From contig OZ037765.1 of the NCBI GenBank assembly GCA_964035545.1, positions 10,550,698-10,614,697 of the forward strand: a DNA stretch of 64,000 bases, in the 5' to 3' direction. Positions 25,126-39,983 of the stretch are shown here, piece after piece. Positions within the stretch are counted from its first letter, which is position 1. Each line of letters opens with the position of its first letter. The notes under the pieces were generated by a model that was not told the DNA's origin, did not search any database, and saw nothing but the letters and a program-made list of their open reading frames with translations. The DNA comes from Bugula neritina. Lineage: Eukaryota > Animalia > Bryozoa. Made by a program: the position numbers and the translations under genes.

Positions 25126-28100
25126 CTATTTATTAATAAAATTTGCAGGTCTTTTCTCTACAAATGCTGTCATTCCTTCTCTTCTATCCTCCTACAAATT
25201 TCAATTTGAACTGTAGTTCTATTTAGGTTCTCAGCATCACGTCATATGGTAAATGTTAAGAAAGGAACAAAAAAGAAATAAGAAGCTAAGAATTTAATAT
25301 TCTATACAACATGTTATCATAGCATTCGGATGCACAAATCATCACTATTACTGTCGATGCCAAGAACACATTACTTGATTATTTGGATGGTTAAACCAAA
25401 CTAACATTACTATTACATAGAGCATGCTGTTTCATTTAAAATAAATATTATCGTATGAGCCCTTACTGTTGCAAATGTTGAGTGGAATAACCTTCTTTCC
25501 AGATGAATACCCTCAGCCAAAGTCATCTCATATGCTGTAAACAAATAAAACTAGTTTTCCCTTCTACTTAGTTCAACAATAAATTAGTTTAGTTATATAG
25601 GCAATGCTTATACTATTAGTGCAAGATATTCAATTCTGGCACTTACATCAAAAGTAAATCTACCAAAATTAAAAATTTGCTTGTATCAAAGATTTCATAT
25701 TTGGTCTTAATTCAACAAAATGGAAATACCAACTCCACACTAGCCTTTTATTATATAGCAACGCTGTTATAAATTATTGAAAGAAAGCTATCTTTAATAA
25801 ACTAATCAAGATTTCTATGGTTGAACACTAGTCACAGGGTAATAAATGAACATACAGTTGTTTACAGCTTCTTTAGCCATTCCAGTAGCAATTTGTGACA
25901 TGCTAGCAATTTTTTCAGCTTTTTCCATCACTTTATCAACAAGCTCCTCCACAGGGTAGACATTTGCCACCAGCCCTAAAATAAATAACAATGTTATAGC
26001 TGAGTCTTTTCCTTGTATCCATGTGGAAAGCTACTACATGAAAATGAAATGAAAGCAAAAGGTTTTCTGCTTCAGCTTTACCCAATCAACCGGAAATAAA
26101 GAGAAGTGCATCATAGACAGCATTCTATGTTATAGAAGGTCAGAGGTCAATTGAATGCATAAAATATAGTAAACCATACTAACGATAGGCATTTCAGTTT
26201 TCCTACATTCTAAAATATATCAATTTTAGGATGTACTAAATACAATGTTGGCTAGAATCAGCACAGCTTACCATTTTAAACTATACAAAAAGGGGCTAGA
26301 TGGTGAAAATCACTAACAACTTTCACACTTGCATATGTCTAGCCAAAATAATGTGTGAATCTAATAACTGTAAGGAACCATCATTGCTGGAAAAGGAAGG
26401 CATTGTGAGACAAAGTGAATTTGCAACAGAAAACTCTATGTTGACAGAAAACAGCATGTTTATATCAATTTTGTAACAACTTGATTATTTGGAAACTGCT
26501 GGAAACTAAGAAAATTACGAGTCTTAATGGTGAATAACCTAGCAAGAGCTAAAACAGTACATAACTTAGTATTTTCATCGATATCCTTTAGCTTTTGCAA
26601 TATATAAACGTAGAAAAAACAATGAAATATCTACAGGGAAAAACAAACCAAACTGTAAAGCTTCTTGAGCTGAGATCTGATCTCCAGTAAGTACCATCTC
26701 CATAGCCTTGGATTTACCAACTGCCTGTGTGAGTCTCTGGGTACCACCACCACCTGTGTGTAAAGTTATATAGTCAGTACAGTATAGACAAGAACCGATT
26801 CCAGTCTAAATTAGTGAAGGGAAGACAACTTAAAATATCACCACATTCACTACTAGTTGGTAGGTAAATTGGTAGGCAAACCAAGTTGCATAAAAATGTT
26901 GTAAAAAATTGTAAGAATGCCTTTGACAGAGAAAATTTTAGAATACCCTTGGATGCAAATTTTCTATACACTAAAATTAATAATATCCCAATAATGATAA
27001 TTTTACAGCATTTCTATATGGCTCATATAACATGTTCTTTAATTATGAGGCTATACGTCATCTGAAATAGCAAAGTAAATTAACAAACCTGGAAGAGTGC
27101 CAAGAAGTATTTCAGGTTGACCAAACTTGGCCTTTTCACCAGCATATATAATGTCACACATCATGGCAATTTCACATCCTCCTCCAAGCTACAAAGAAGC
27201 ACAGTTATATAAATTTAATAAACAAAAATGGTCATTGTATACTAGCAGAACTCACACTAAATAAAGTTAACAGAAAAAAGTTGATAGGTGCACAGCTTTC
27301 AGAATTGAGTTTACAATATATATGAACTTAGATAACCAAACTGGACTTACTGCATAACCGTTAACAGCTGCAATAATAGGCTTTTTAAAAAGTGATATAC
27401 TATTCCAGAACCCCAGGAAATCTCCCTTGTAAACTTCAGCAAACTCTTTTGGCTGCATTTCTTTAATATCAGCACCAGCTAAAAGTAAATACCATTTTAT
27501 TATACAAGTACTTCTAATATGAAAATACATTTTATTATAAAAATACATTCATTGGCATTATTACCAGCAAACTGCTCTAGAACCAGATATATTCCATCTT
27601 CCTTTTTATTCTAAACTGGCATAAATGAAGATTAACTAACATTTGTGTATATATATAGTCTATCTATGCAAGATGCATTAATCAAAATGCTAAGATATAT
27701 CGAACCTGCAAACGCCTTGTTACTTCCTGTAAGGACAACACAGCCAACTTCCTCATCTTTGCTAAAGTCAGACAGGGCTGTTTGTAGTTCTTTCATCAAT
27801 GCATCACACAATGCATTCAGTGCTTTTGGACGGTTAAGTTGTATGAAACCAACATTGTTTTTCTTCCCCTTTTTTTCGACAGTTATGTTGCTGTAAAAAG
27901 CTGAAAAATGAAAAAATACATTAACAAAATTAATATTAAATCCAGAGTATACAACATGTTGTACAACAGCTAAAATCGATCAATTTCCTATTTCAACAAA
28001 CTTAAATGCGGTCAGTGTGAACAAAGTCGAACCTAAGGTTATCTACTGACAAAGTGAAATAAGTGAGACAGATTTTATGCTGAAATGAGTAATCAAATTT

Positions 28101-28492
28101 TTAGCTCAATGAAATATTTGTATATGATCTAGTTAAACTTAACAAATAGGTTATCAATAAAGCAGATAGCTCTATCGCTATCACTATCAGGCTCAGCCCC
28201 TTTTCATTCAAAATCAATCATTGATGACTGTCGTTGCAGCTTGAGAATGAGTGCATAGCTATAGCAAGAATCAAATGTTCTACTATAATATTTTTCACAC
28301 TATAATATCTACACACAAGTTTTTTTTTAAATTTATATATTCTAAATACTTGAACTCACCACTGCCTCCATTATACTTATTGCCAAGCGCAAGCCGGTTA
28401 TGTTGTTGCAGCAAAGATGACGATGTCGGCACAGCATATCTGCATGCAGTTGCACTTTTCAGAGCGCCAACGATTGTGTTGACTAAAGCCAT
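25126..28492 (-). CDS. ECHS1: Enoyl-CoA hydratase, short chain, mitochondrial
   Basis: Eight exons: 28492-28360, 27900-27706 ([13 protein letters not shown]), 27478-27351 (AGADIKEM...[12 protein letters not shown]), 27188-27089 ([30 protein letters not shown]), 26753-26649 ([22 protein letters not shown]), 25975-25856, 25534-25467, 25191-25126 ([21 protein letters not shown]). Crotonase catalytic motifs are intact. Confidence 0.97.
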
Positions 28493-28920
28493 TACATTCA
28501 AACAACCAAATATCAATTATAATTTCACCCAATAGCTTAGTGGTGGCTGCAGTTTATTGCATAAAATTTAATCTAATGTCCAACTAATGTGGCAACTTCT
28601 GATCTTAGATTTCGCCAGGGATAAGAGTATACCAAAGAGAAAGTCCAAAGTGTTTCAGCAGTAAACTAGCTCTGTATTTAGCGACCACGCAATTTTATTA
28701 TTAGAATCCTTTTTATTATTAGAATCCTTAGACAGTTTTATTGTATTAGTATAACGATGTTAAAAGAGGCAGACGCATAAAAATATTTGTCTATGCCCCG
28801 GAAATGGGATCTTCCCAATTTTTCTTGTTGCTGGATACTGTAATTGCTGCCTGCTTAAAACTCAAACTCAAACTGGAATGATTTCATTTTCTTTCTACTG
28901 GAAAACGTCAAAGACACTAA
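28493..28920. promoter_or_regulatory. Likely bidirectional promoter region of ECHS1 and WIPI3
   Basis: Lies between head-to-head genes, is locally richer in GC/CpG than its flanks, and carries an ETS-type CCGGAAAT at 28798. The TSS positions are inferred, not observed. Confidence 0.45.
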
Positions 28921-29966
28921 CATATGACATGTTTGTATATAAAAATAAAAGTATAGTTTAGTTAGGAGCTCAAATTTAGTTCAGTTATTCAATAATATCA
29001 ATATGAGTATAAGCCTAAAGCGTTTATTATCGTTATGATTATTAATTATTTAAAAGTTGAATTGATCAAATTCAATCTTGAAATTAGTTTCGATTTTAAT
29101 AAATTGATTTTTACCCTAATATTTAAATAGTAAGTTTAAATGCAATTTAAAATTAATGTTCTAAAAAAAGATAAGAGATAAGTAGTAAGCAGTAGCTGTT
29201 CAAATTTGATAGTGCTAAAAACTAAAAAAGGAAGTTTAATTTAGTTTTACTGTCAGTGTCAGTATCACTATGAGTATGTCTAACAGTAACTCTATTGTTT
29301 ATACTTGCAGTTCCACTAATACTAATACTTATAATTATAATTATAGTAATAATAATAATAATGCTTAACCTTGCTTTTAAGTTGTATTGGTTTCAAAATG
29401 TTGTAGAGTTAGGATATTTATTATTAGTTAAAATACTTATAGTATTACTATTAGTATAGCTATAAACGTAACTGTAAGTATTACTATTAGTATTTATTTC
29501 AAAGGTGAACTTGTGTGTGTGTCATAAAATTATTAATTTAACTGCCATTACTGTCAGGGTTTACGTATAGGATTGTTGAAAATAAATATTTTATTTAAAT
29601 TGTAGATGATTTCTCATTATGATTATGTATTTATATTACACTAAGTTTAACTGTTGAGCAATTAAACTTAACATACAAATATGATTAAAAAATCAAGTTT
29701 GGATTTTCAGTCTTATAAGTCTAGTATTATTTGAGACCCAATCTGAAATTTACTCAGTTTTCAGTGACTATGAGTTTTTGTAAACATGAATTTGAAGTTG
29801 AATATACACTATAATCTTTGTTTTTCTCTATAGTCTCTATGTTTATCTTGTTTAATAATTAATATAACATTTGTCATTCATTACATTGCTATCTAGTGTT
29901 ATGCTGACACATGTTTATTGCTAACAAGAATTTATTTGCAGTTGTGGTAACTAGCTTACTGTAAAA

Positions 29967-32900
29967 ATGAATATTGGCTCCAGTAATCCTCACAGTAATA
30001 ACTTAGTTTATGCAGGATTCAACCAAGACCAAGGTAAGATTTATTTGATGTGTGATACATGCAAGTCGGGGAGTAAGCAATTTTAGTTCTTTTTTATAAT
30101 ATTTTAAAATTAAATTTATGAGAAGACATTCAATTATAAGTTATTTCAGATAACTATGAGTATCAGGCTGTAGCCAATAGCCATTGTAAATTTACAATAG
30201 TTCTTCTATGTTTATCTTACTTTTTCTTCGGACGGTCACAATACTGCCACATATCTTCAAGTTGCAAAGGCTAAGATAGAAGTAACTTTTAACATTTAAA
30301 TGACCTCGTCACAGGGTAAAAAATATGGACATCCTTTTGTTGCAACTTTGTGTCGGTGTGCCAGTGTCAGTGATGCAAGTAGTCATTTGTTTTTAGTTGA
30401 TAGTTTTGTTACTTGCACCAATTTGGTTGTGTCCTGTATTTTTACCAAAAAAGAATAACACATTGAAGGTAAAAATAAATTGGAGATAATCAATTCAGAC
30501 AAAAATATACATTTAAAAAATATGACAAGAAAATATTGAATTACATGTGTTGGCAGGCTACCCCAATACAGGTAAATCCTGTTCCACAAATGTGTTTCGT
30601 TATAACATGCTGTAAACGTAATGAAATATATCAATAAAATTCATAGTTTAGAAGCCCAAAATACATTGATAAAAATAGGATAGAATACTACTTACAATTT
30701 TAATACTAATATTCTGTTTTAAGGTCTTCCTTGCTGCATTGCTGGTGTTGTACGTTGTACACTGCTAGACTATTTTATTTTCAAAATTTTTGACTATATT
30801 TGGATTGGTACTATTAAAGGTTTTGCGTTCACCGCTATAGTTAAACTTTAATTCATCTTTATGACATACCAACACACTTAGGGTTGGTTTGATTTGGTGT
30901 TGAAGAGTTTATTATTATATATGCATATTATATTCCTCTCTGTAGAAAATTGGAAGACAACTTTCAATTGTCGCAAAGTTAAATCTTGTATTTGTTCATG
31001 TTTTTATTTAAATAAAGCATGTTATTGTATTAAATTCGACTTATTGCAGGATGTTTTGCATGTGGCATGGAAAATGGTTTTAGAGTGTACAATGCCGACC
31101 CTTTGAAAGAGAAAGAACGTCAAGGTAATTTTTGTGACATTCTATTCGATGCTAATGACATCATGACTAAGTTACATATTTGTCTCCATGTTTAAACTTG
31201 TAAAAATTGTTTTTCTTTTATTCTTTAAACATGGTTCTATGGTTGTGGTGTTATTGTATAGATTTCTCTGATGGTGGAATAGGGCATGTCGAAATGCTGT
31301 TCAGGTGTAACTACTTAGCTCTTGTTGGCGGAGGCCATCAGCCAAAATACTCAACTAAAAAGGTCATGATCTGGGATGACCTAAAGAAGAAGCACGTCAT
31401 AGAGTTGGAGTTTTCAAGCGATGTCAGAGCAGTCAGACTGCGCCGTGATAGGTAACACTTGATATGGCGCATAAAACTAGAATGATTATAGGTTATATGT
31501 GTATAGATGATATATTGTAAGCTGCTGTTGTCATCTTTTTTCAACAATGCTGCTATTATAATTGAAGAGAAAAATTTATTTTGTCAGTTACTGAATAATA
31601 GTTTAAAAACAAACCACTTTAGACAATCACAGTTTTTTTATACCTCTCTCAAAGTTATTTTCGTAAAATTTTGCTATTAAATTTGCGCCACATTGTTGTT
31701 TATGAATAAATGCTCAAACAATAGTCTATTTTATGTAATTGTAGAAGTACTAGTTTGATGTAATAACTTTATTGTAGAATTGTGGTGGTGCTTGACACTA
31801 TAATCAAAGTCTACACTTTTACGCAGAATCCCCAACAGCTCCATGTATTTGAAACTTGCCCGAATCCAAAAGGTAGGGTTTTATTACCTGAATAGTCAAC
31901 TTCTATATTCATATGTGTTCTTTTGTATATAAGTTGAGTGGTAACTTACCCGCAAGTTCTGCGAGTGTGTACTTGAAAAAACTAGAAAAACTATTTAAAA
32001 TGTTGGATAAAAATGATTGGTACTACACATTATTCCATGTATTTGTAAAATACAATCTCAGTTGTACATATACTTCTGTGCTATTGAGCCTTGCATACCA
32101 ATAGGCAGATTGATTTCATAGCTATGGTTAGAATTCACTCATGAACTCCCCCCTCTAAGCATATAATAGGAACATCTGCTAACAGATTTAGCTATCACTA
32201 TGAGTCATATTCCTTGCAGGCCTGTGTATGATGTGCCCTAACAGCGACAATTCCTTGTTGGCTTTTCCTGGTCGTAAATTAGGTCATGTACAGATTGTGG
32301 ACCTGGGAAATACTGAAAAGTCACCAGTAGATATTGCTGCCCATGAAACAAACCTTAGTTGTATAACATTAAACGTACAGGGCACTCTACTGGCCACAGC
32401 GTCAGATAAGGTGAGTTGTATCAGTCAGTATGCACATTGTATTATACAGCTTGTTTGTAACGTTTGAGTGATATATCTGTGTATATCTGTGTATATGCTG
32501 TTATTCTACATATATGATAGATATTATTTTATTGGAAACCTTTCATTATATCTTTCATCTTTGTAATAAATGATATACAGAATTCAAAAAAAGTGTTTTC
32601 AAGTTCAACATGTATTACTTCTAACATCAATTTTAAAATTTTTGTCATCAAACAGGGAACGTTAATCCGGGTGTTTGATACACAGAAAGGCACACAACTG
32701 CAAGAGCTCAGAAGAGGTGCCAACAGTGCGCATATATACTGGTGAGAGTCACAACATATTATTAACTACACTGGGAATTAGTGACTACACTGCTGTGTAA
32801 ATCTTTTGATATGCTATTACCTATATTATTAGTAAGTTCAGTAGTAAATACACTGTTGGGTATGCACTGAAAAAATAGCCATTTAATGTTCTCACAAACA

Positions 32901-34759
32901 CACACCAACACACACACACACACCAACATACACACACACTAACACACACACACACACCAAAATACACACACACACATACATACACACACACCAACACACA
33001 CACACACACACACACACACACCGTTATACACCAACACATACACACACCAACATACACACACACCAACACACACACACACACACACACCAACACATACACA
33101 CACACCAACACACACACACACACCGTTATACACCAACACATACACACACCAACACACACACCAACACACACACCAACACACACCAACACACATAACACAC
33201 GCACACGCACGCACACTGTCTATAAGCTCATTGATGTGTACATTAATTAATACACTTATGAAGATGTAATGAAATAATCAGCTATTTCCTGTTTACACAC
33301 TATCTGTTGGTAGAAAGACCAGCTAAGTAGGAAGTTCTTTCTTCGTTATGTACTGTAATATGCACATGTTTCATGATGTGCTTTGTGTATCAACTTTAGC
33401 ATCAACTTTAATCAAGACTCTTCACTGCTGTGCGTGTCTAGTGATCACGGAACTGTGCATATATTTGCTGTCGAAGACAATAAAAGAAATAAACAGTCAA
33501 GGTAAGTTTTTAAGACATTATGTATACTACAATGTGATACTGTTGTGTGAGCTGTACAGTTATACTTCATGTTTTGGATATTTCATAGAAGCTTACCGCA
33601 AAATTTATGTCAAGTACTTGTCAGTGATATGTGTGGAAATATGTAATATAATTTTTGTATTTTTTATTATCTTTAACTTGTAATGTATAATACATGTAAT
33701 TATGAATAATCAAGTCTGTAATGTGACCTCTAATAGATAATAAAGTTGGTAATTCTTATGCAAGGTCAATACATTTAACTACAGGTTCAGTTATTACTAA
33801 AAAAATAATGTTTTCTTGCAAAAGTTTTTGCCTCTTAAAACTCTAAAGCAGTATTTAGGCACTTTGAGCAAGTCATTTAATATAGAATTCAGTTGTTGAA
33901 ATCGGAAAGGATTAATTATTCCTGTTGACTATGTACTGAAATGTGTTGTAGAAAATGATAACAAACTGTAGTTTTGTTATTACAGTGTAAGAAAACTTGA
34001 TAAAATTATCCACTTGGCCAAATTAAATTAGACTGAAAATTTTAAAGATATGTAAAGTTTAGTCTAAAAAAACTATTTTGATCTCACTTTTTAGCTTGGC
34101 GTCTGCTGGATTTTTGCCCAAATATTTCAGTTCAACTTGGAGTTTCTCTAAGTTTCAAGTGCCAGGAAACTCGCAATGTATATGTGCATTTGCTTCTGAT
34201 TCTAATTCAGTTATAGGTAAGTTGTAGGTAATTATAATTCTTGTTGTTCTTTAAACTGACACTTGCAAACAATCATTACACGATATTAAATTAGCTCACA
34301 TGCATTGACTTGTGCTTTGCAAGTATTTTATAATTAAATAATATCTTGAGATCAATTACCATCATCATTGTTTTATACATGCAAACTTTTAATTAAAGTT
34401 GTTTTCATGCATTAATTGTAAGCATAACTTGTGTGGTAATTTTTTAAGTAAATCTAAGTTAATATATTTCCATAGTTACTTTCATATTTTACATTAGCTG
34501 AACGATTTTTTCTATTCCTAAAAATTTGTAGACATTATTGTTGGAGATAAATGTATTGCTGTAAATTTATTCAATTGTAAAGGTTTTGAATTGCATTATA
34601 TGTCCTTTATAGTAGCAGGTCTTGCTGAGATGTTATATTTTGTACATTGTAGTTATTTGTGCGGACGGTAGCTATTATAAGTTTTCATTCAATGCTAAAG
34701 GAGAGTGTATCAGAGATGTATATGCCCAGTACCTTGAGATGACTGATGACAATATGTAA
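29967..34759 (+). CDS. WDR45B: WD-repeat phosphoinositide-interacting protein 3 (PROPPIN / Atg18 family)
   Basis: Nine exons: 29967-30033 (MNIG...YAGFNQDQ), 31050-31124 ([22 protein letters not shown]), 31262-31451 ([16 protein letters not shown]...VMIWDD), 31778-31872, 32220-32410, 32656-32741 (GTLIRVFDT...ELRRGAN, the LRRG phosphoinositide-binding motif), 33400-33501 ([10 protein letters not shown]), 34095-34216 (LPKYFSS), 34653-34759 ([10 protein letters not shown]...[12 protein letters not shown]). Confidence 0.96.
32893..33215. repeat. Compound (CA)n microsatellite in a WIPI3 intron
   Basis: CA repeats interrupted by cca, cata and ccgttata motifs. Confidence 0.95.
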
Positions 34760-35318
34760 ATAAACTAGTCTGCAGAATTCATTCCAAGTAGTAACCATAC
34801 AAATATTAAGGTGCTCATAGCTGTGTTCCAAACCAATGACTGTTGGTTTTGGCAAAGGGTATCATACAAGTATAATATTTTATAACCAACATTTTTTATT
34901 CTCACCTTTTCCTGAAAATGTATCTATAAAGTAAAAGGTAGTAATTTTAGAACAAATTATGATGATTATAAGTTTAATGTTAGTATGGCCAAGTTGAGAT
35001 TATTCAATTTCACTTTTGACCTTCATTATTATGTAACTTTTTAGTGGTGATTTTTATACACACAGTCCACACAAGATAATAAACATCTGAACATTTCCAA
35101 ATTATTGTATAGCAATAATGTTTTTCTATTGCAAAGTGTTAAGCTTTTGTGCAATCAGCTATTATGCATCGTATTATATATTTTGTGTGCAAGGACTTTC
35201 ATTAAACTAAATAAATACACAACACATTTTAAATTTCAATATATTTTTATTCTCTATGATTATAATAATAATGTTTGTACTGTCATTTTTAATATTTATA
35301 CCATATACCATTGCATGA

Positions 35319-38067
35319 TTAGATGTCTTTGTCTTTAGCCAACATAATATTAGCATCTCCAGTTCCATCTCCTGCAGATCCTCTACCTTCTTCACCCTCG
35401 CTGTTTGGTGCTGCCTCCAGCTCTGTTTCCGGAGTTACCTCCTCCACATCATCATCATCCGTTTCCTCTGCTGTGTCATCGTCCATTTCTTCTTTCTCCA
35501 TGTTTATTGGTATTTCCAGTGACAACAGCTCAGCAACTTGATTGTCCTCAGTTTTCCATTTCTTCATGTCTTAAAAAATTTTTAGATACCTTAGCTGCTA
35601 CCTTAGTTTGTTATGTTACCGTTACTCAAAATAATTTGACTACTTAATATCACTCTTTAATGTATAATAATATAGCAGATATAGCATTATCTGAAGAAAT
35701 AGATTAACAAATGTATAATATAAGACAACTCAAAATAATTGTTCTTTTGATGACAGAATTATGCAGTCTTCAGAGATACTTACTTAGAAGAGACAGCGGC
35801 TCAGCACATTTGCCTAAATTCCCAGCAGCTATCCATAATCCACACAGAGAGTAAATCCAAAGGCAAATATTAAAGGCAATGAAGCCATAATTCTTGTACA
35901 TCTAAAATTATGTTATTTGTAAACTAATGAAGAAAATGCTTATATATTCATTTGTAAATTGAAACATACTTTATCAATGAAAGTAAAATTAAAATAGGTT
36001 CATTAAGTTCAAACATTTGTTTAGTTTTATACTTTTTTTTTACTGAAAAAAAAATGAATTGCATTGTAGATTACAGGCTATTATAGTCATTTCAAATATA
36101 TGATGAACTTACCCTCCATTTTTGCTGTTTTATAAACATGTCAAAACAATAGCAGACAAGCAAACTTGCTGTAGATGGGATGACTAGCCAAGCAAGGCAT
36201 GAGACAAAGCAATAGAGTTCACTGGCATAACTAACCACAACCTGCATGAAATATTATAGTATGATGATATTTGTATATACGTATAATATACTTTCTACAA
36301 CTAAACACTATGTAAGCTGCATCATCTAAATTATTTGGCTAAAATATGCTATATACAGTCCTATATTATATTATATTATAAAAATTATTTCTAGTTTTTA
36401 TAGCAAGTTTTTTTTAAGTGAAGTAGTAATATAATCAGCATAATTATATAAGTGGTTTACCTTATTGTCAAATCTTCGGTGTTGATTCAGGTGAGCCATT
36501 GCTATTCGAAGTCTTTCACAAACATCACTCATCAAAAGGTAGTTCACCTTGTCATCAGAATCAATGCCTACGCAAAATGTTGATAATAAATAATGTATTT
36601 GGTGAAATATATGTAATTGAAGCCCAAAAACTTGACCATATTTACTTTTTAACTGTGGTAAATCAATTTAAGTCAAATGTTGTTTATTCTATGGAGATAA
36701 TCGCAGCTATGTAAAAAATTACAAAGAATAATTTAAGATTTTGTGACAAAAATTTGTAGATATTATAAGAACTACAATTTTCAATATCTGACATATATTT
36801 CTCCATGTACGAATTTTCATTGATATCTATCTATATTATACCTATATCAAAGAGAGGTACATAATTAATATAAAAGTGTGACAAAATATAACATACGTTT
36901 AAGTGCATTTTATTTCTAATAGTAGTATAATTATAGTGATTATGATATACGGATGGTTTTTATTGTAAGTTTAATTCTTTTACTTCCATATAAAAGAATA
37001 AAAAAATACGCTGATAGAGTAAAACTAAGCATTGACATAATATGCTACTGTAGACTAAAAAGTGATTGGCTGACAAATCTTTTGAACAGAGCAAGCATAA
37101 ATTAATTCAGATAAAATTTTTAACTGGTTGTGATAATTATGATTATCAAATAAAGTTCATGCAACTAAATGCCTATAATAATATAATCATAATTTGCCCA
37201 ATTTACCTGTTTTGGTATCAATATTAAGATTATTTTCATCTTCCATTGCTTTACTTGCAATATTTTTATCTAGTTCTTCAGAAAAAAATGAAGAAACTTT
37301 TGTTGCAGACATTTTATATAGAGAAGAACTCTGTTGAAGTGTGATGAATAAATTTGAATAGTTTAAATGATCATTACACTATGCTAAACGTTGTGCATAA
37401 CATAATGTTTGACTTAACTACAAGTGGATGTCTAATTTAATATCATCAGCTACACAAATCATCTCTACATTTAGTCATACATAAATGTTTTTTTATAACA
37501 CAATATTTGACAGAATAAAAATGTTTCTGCCAGTTTTAATGATGATAATAATAATACAATAGTAATAACAAATTGGGGTGTTGTTGTTAAACCTCACTTT
37601 GGTGGTGACTATATTATACACTTCCATAATTTTGCATTTGCTCAACTCCAACAAGTTGTTTGCTTTCCTTGCTAATGCAATATGATAATTTGTGCAAATG
37701 TGTAGGCTAAGAAAAAAGTTTTTAAAAGTAATATGTTATACTTGAAAAGGCTACATGATAGTTGTAATACTGTCTTTAACAGCAGATATAAGAGCATGGA
37801 ACTATTTTGTGTTCGTCAACCCCTACAAATGGCTTAAAGTCCTTAGCAGAATAGAAACAACAATGCTTGGCCTAGAATCTAGATGGTAATATATACTAAT
37901 ATAATGTTGAGTAATAAAACTATGAATAAAATATAGTCATACCTGAGAGGTCACAGTTTGTATAGTCACCAATAGCTTGTTTTTCGATGTAACTTGTTTG
38001 GGATTTGTTGAAGTGCAGGTTAGTCCAAATCAAGTAACTGTTGACCAACTTGTTATTGGTGAAAAGA
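35319..38067 (-). CDS. Uncharacterised spliced gene: protein with two predicted TM segments and an acidic C-terminal tail; 5' end uncertain
   Basis: Phase-consistent GT-AG exons 37706-37598, 37330-37207, 36567-36461, 36241-36113 (ELYCFVSCLAWLVIPSTASLLVCYCF), 35901-35784 (YGFIAFNICLWIYSLCGLWIAAG), 35569-35319 (EEMDDDTAEETDDDDVEE...AKDKDI*). More tentative upstream exons are 38067-37943 and 37878-37827. No family recognised. Confidence 0.7.
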
Positions 38068-39983
38068 CTGTATCACTTAAAAGATATACTTCAAGAAGAC
38101 AAAAGGGAGAAAATGCAAACTTATAAGATTCTATGACCCTTATATTAATATTTATCATTACAGACATAATGTACTGTTAATATAATATTAGCAAGTTGTA
38201 TAGATAGAGTATTATGCCATTGTGCTAAAAATGTTTGCAAGATCATAAATCTATGAACATACATTATAATCAAAGCTGCTAATAAACAGATTTAATTTGT
38301 TGAGTCTTTATTAACTTTTATGCCTCTTATGTTATAAATCTTTCAATTTAAAAGCAACTGCCTAGAACGAACATTGATGAATAGTTACAAGCATTCCAAA
38401 AATTCAAAACTAAATTTTTGTCATGGTATGTTAAGCCAAGCTTACGAAACTCTAAAAAGAGTCTAATTAAGGCCTAAACCTATAGGGAACCTATCTTCAA
38501 AATATACTAAAGCAGTAACTGATATTAATGTATTATAAATAAATTTGCCTTATCTAAGGTCTTGTGTTTTACCATAAAACTTCATAATGGAATGATGTAA
38601 GTCTATACCAATATATGATATTACTTGACTTGCCATTGGATCGGTTGATTTTTACTAAAAGTTATCCCAATAGTCTTTGTGAGATGCAACAAAATTTTTC
38701 TAAAGAGCTATATCTTTCATTAAAATATTGTACTAATACTTACCTAAAACTATAATGATATATAATATACTAAACTAACATATATAGCTATTACAAAACT
38801 GTAACCCTGGTGGTAATTGTCTTGGGAATGGGGCCCCAACACAAGGGTAGCTTGCGACTTATAAGAGAAGTGGTAACTACTGACATCCCAAATTAATTAG
38901 CTGGGTTTAAATCTGCCTTTTCAAAACAATAAAAAATAAGCCATGATAAATTTCAATATGGCAACTTCCTAACAAAATTATATATTTATATGGTAACCAT
39001 TTACGCAGCACTTCACTATTTCTAAGGGTGGCCAAATCCTAATAATACTAGTCAACTCTCTTTTTTAAAAAGAAATTTAATGACTTTACTGAGTTCTTGA
39101 AACTTAGGGAAACTTCATGTTATGTTATATCTATTATACATGCAACTACAATCTTCCATTACAAACACTGCACTTGGAATTTGAAATTTATAATTTTCAA
39201 CAATGCCATTTATTACAAAAATACTAATTTGGACAACTTGTAAGGAATCAACAGTTGAATCTTATTCAAAACAATTTTACAAAATACTTGTTTTGGCAAT
39301 TGGTTGAGAACTTGCGCATATAAATAGAAGTACAACCTAAACAAATTTCATCATAAACAAACTAATAATGACAAAAATAACATAGAAGGTCTGGTTATAC
39401 CACAAGCTAACTAAAAGCACTACAGTTTTACCAAAACTGGCTCAAGCAAACAGGTTACAAAATGCACATGCTGTGAGCTTGAGGTAAATATTGAAAAAAA
39501 AATATATTTATGAACAGAATAATAAAATAGTTTTGTTTTGTCCAAACTTTTTTTTTACATATAATATATTAATATCCTAGAGCACAGGTATTCTTCTGAC
39601 ATGATCTGGTTAACAATTTCTCACCACTACAGAAAGACAAACTTTAGTAGCATCAATGCTACGAGATCAGCCTCATCTTGGCAATGGTTAAGTAAAAAAG
39701 TTACAGTAAATCAAATTTAACTTAATTATCCATCAGTAAAAGTTGAATCCTCAGAAATTTTCACACTTTTACAAGATACTGCACTAAAACATTGTTCATA
39801 ATAATAAATGGTATAAATAATTTGAATGAATATAAAATCTAAGTCAGCTTTAGGAAGAGGCAGCACTACATTATAGTTGCACTTTATAGTGCCAACCTTC
39901 TAGTGGACATCTGTAACCCATTACAGTTGGCGTGATATGTCATGAGATAATTACAGTTCTATCTACTACAATGTTGAACACTG

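Noticed and set aside
25225-25350. Possible C/D box snoRNA in the last ECHS1 intron (GTGATGA ... CTGA on the minus strand)
   Set aside because: No terminal stem or recognisable guide sequence; such boxes are expected by chance.
32821-33216. Val/Cys-rich ORFs
   Set aside because: Translations of the CA microsatellite.
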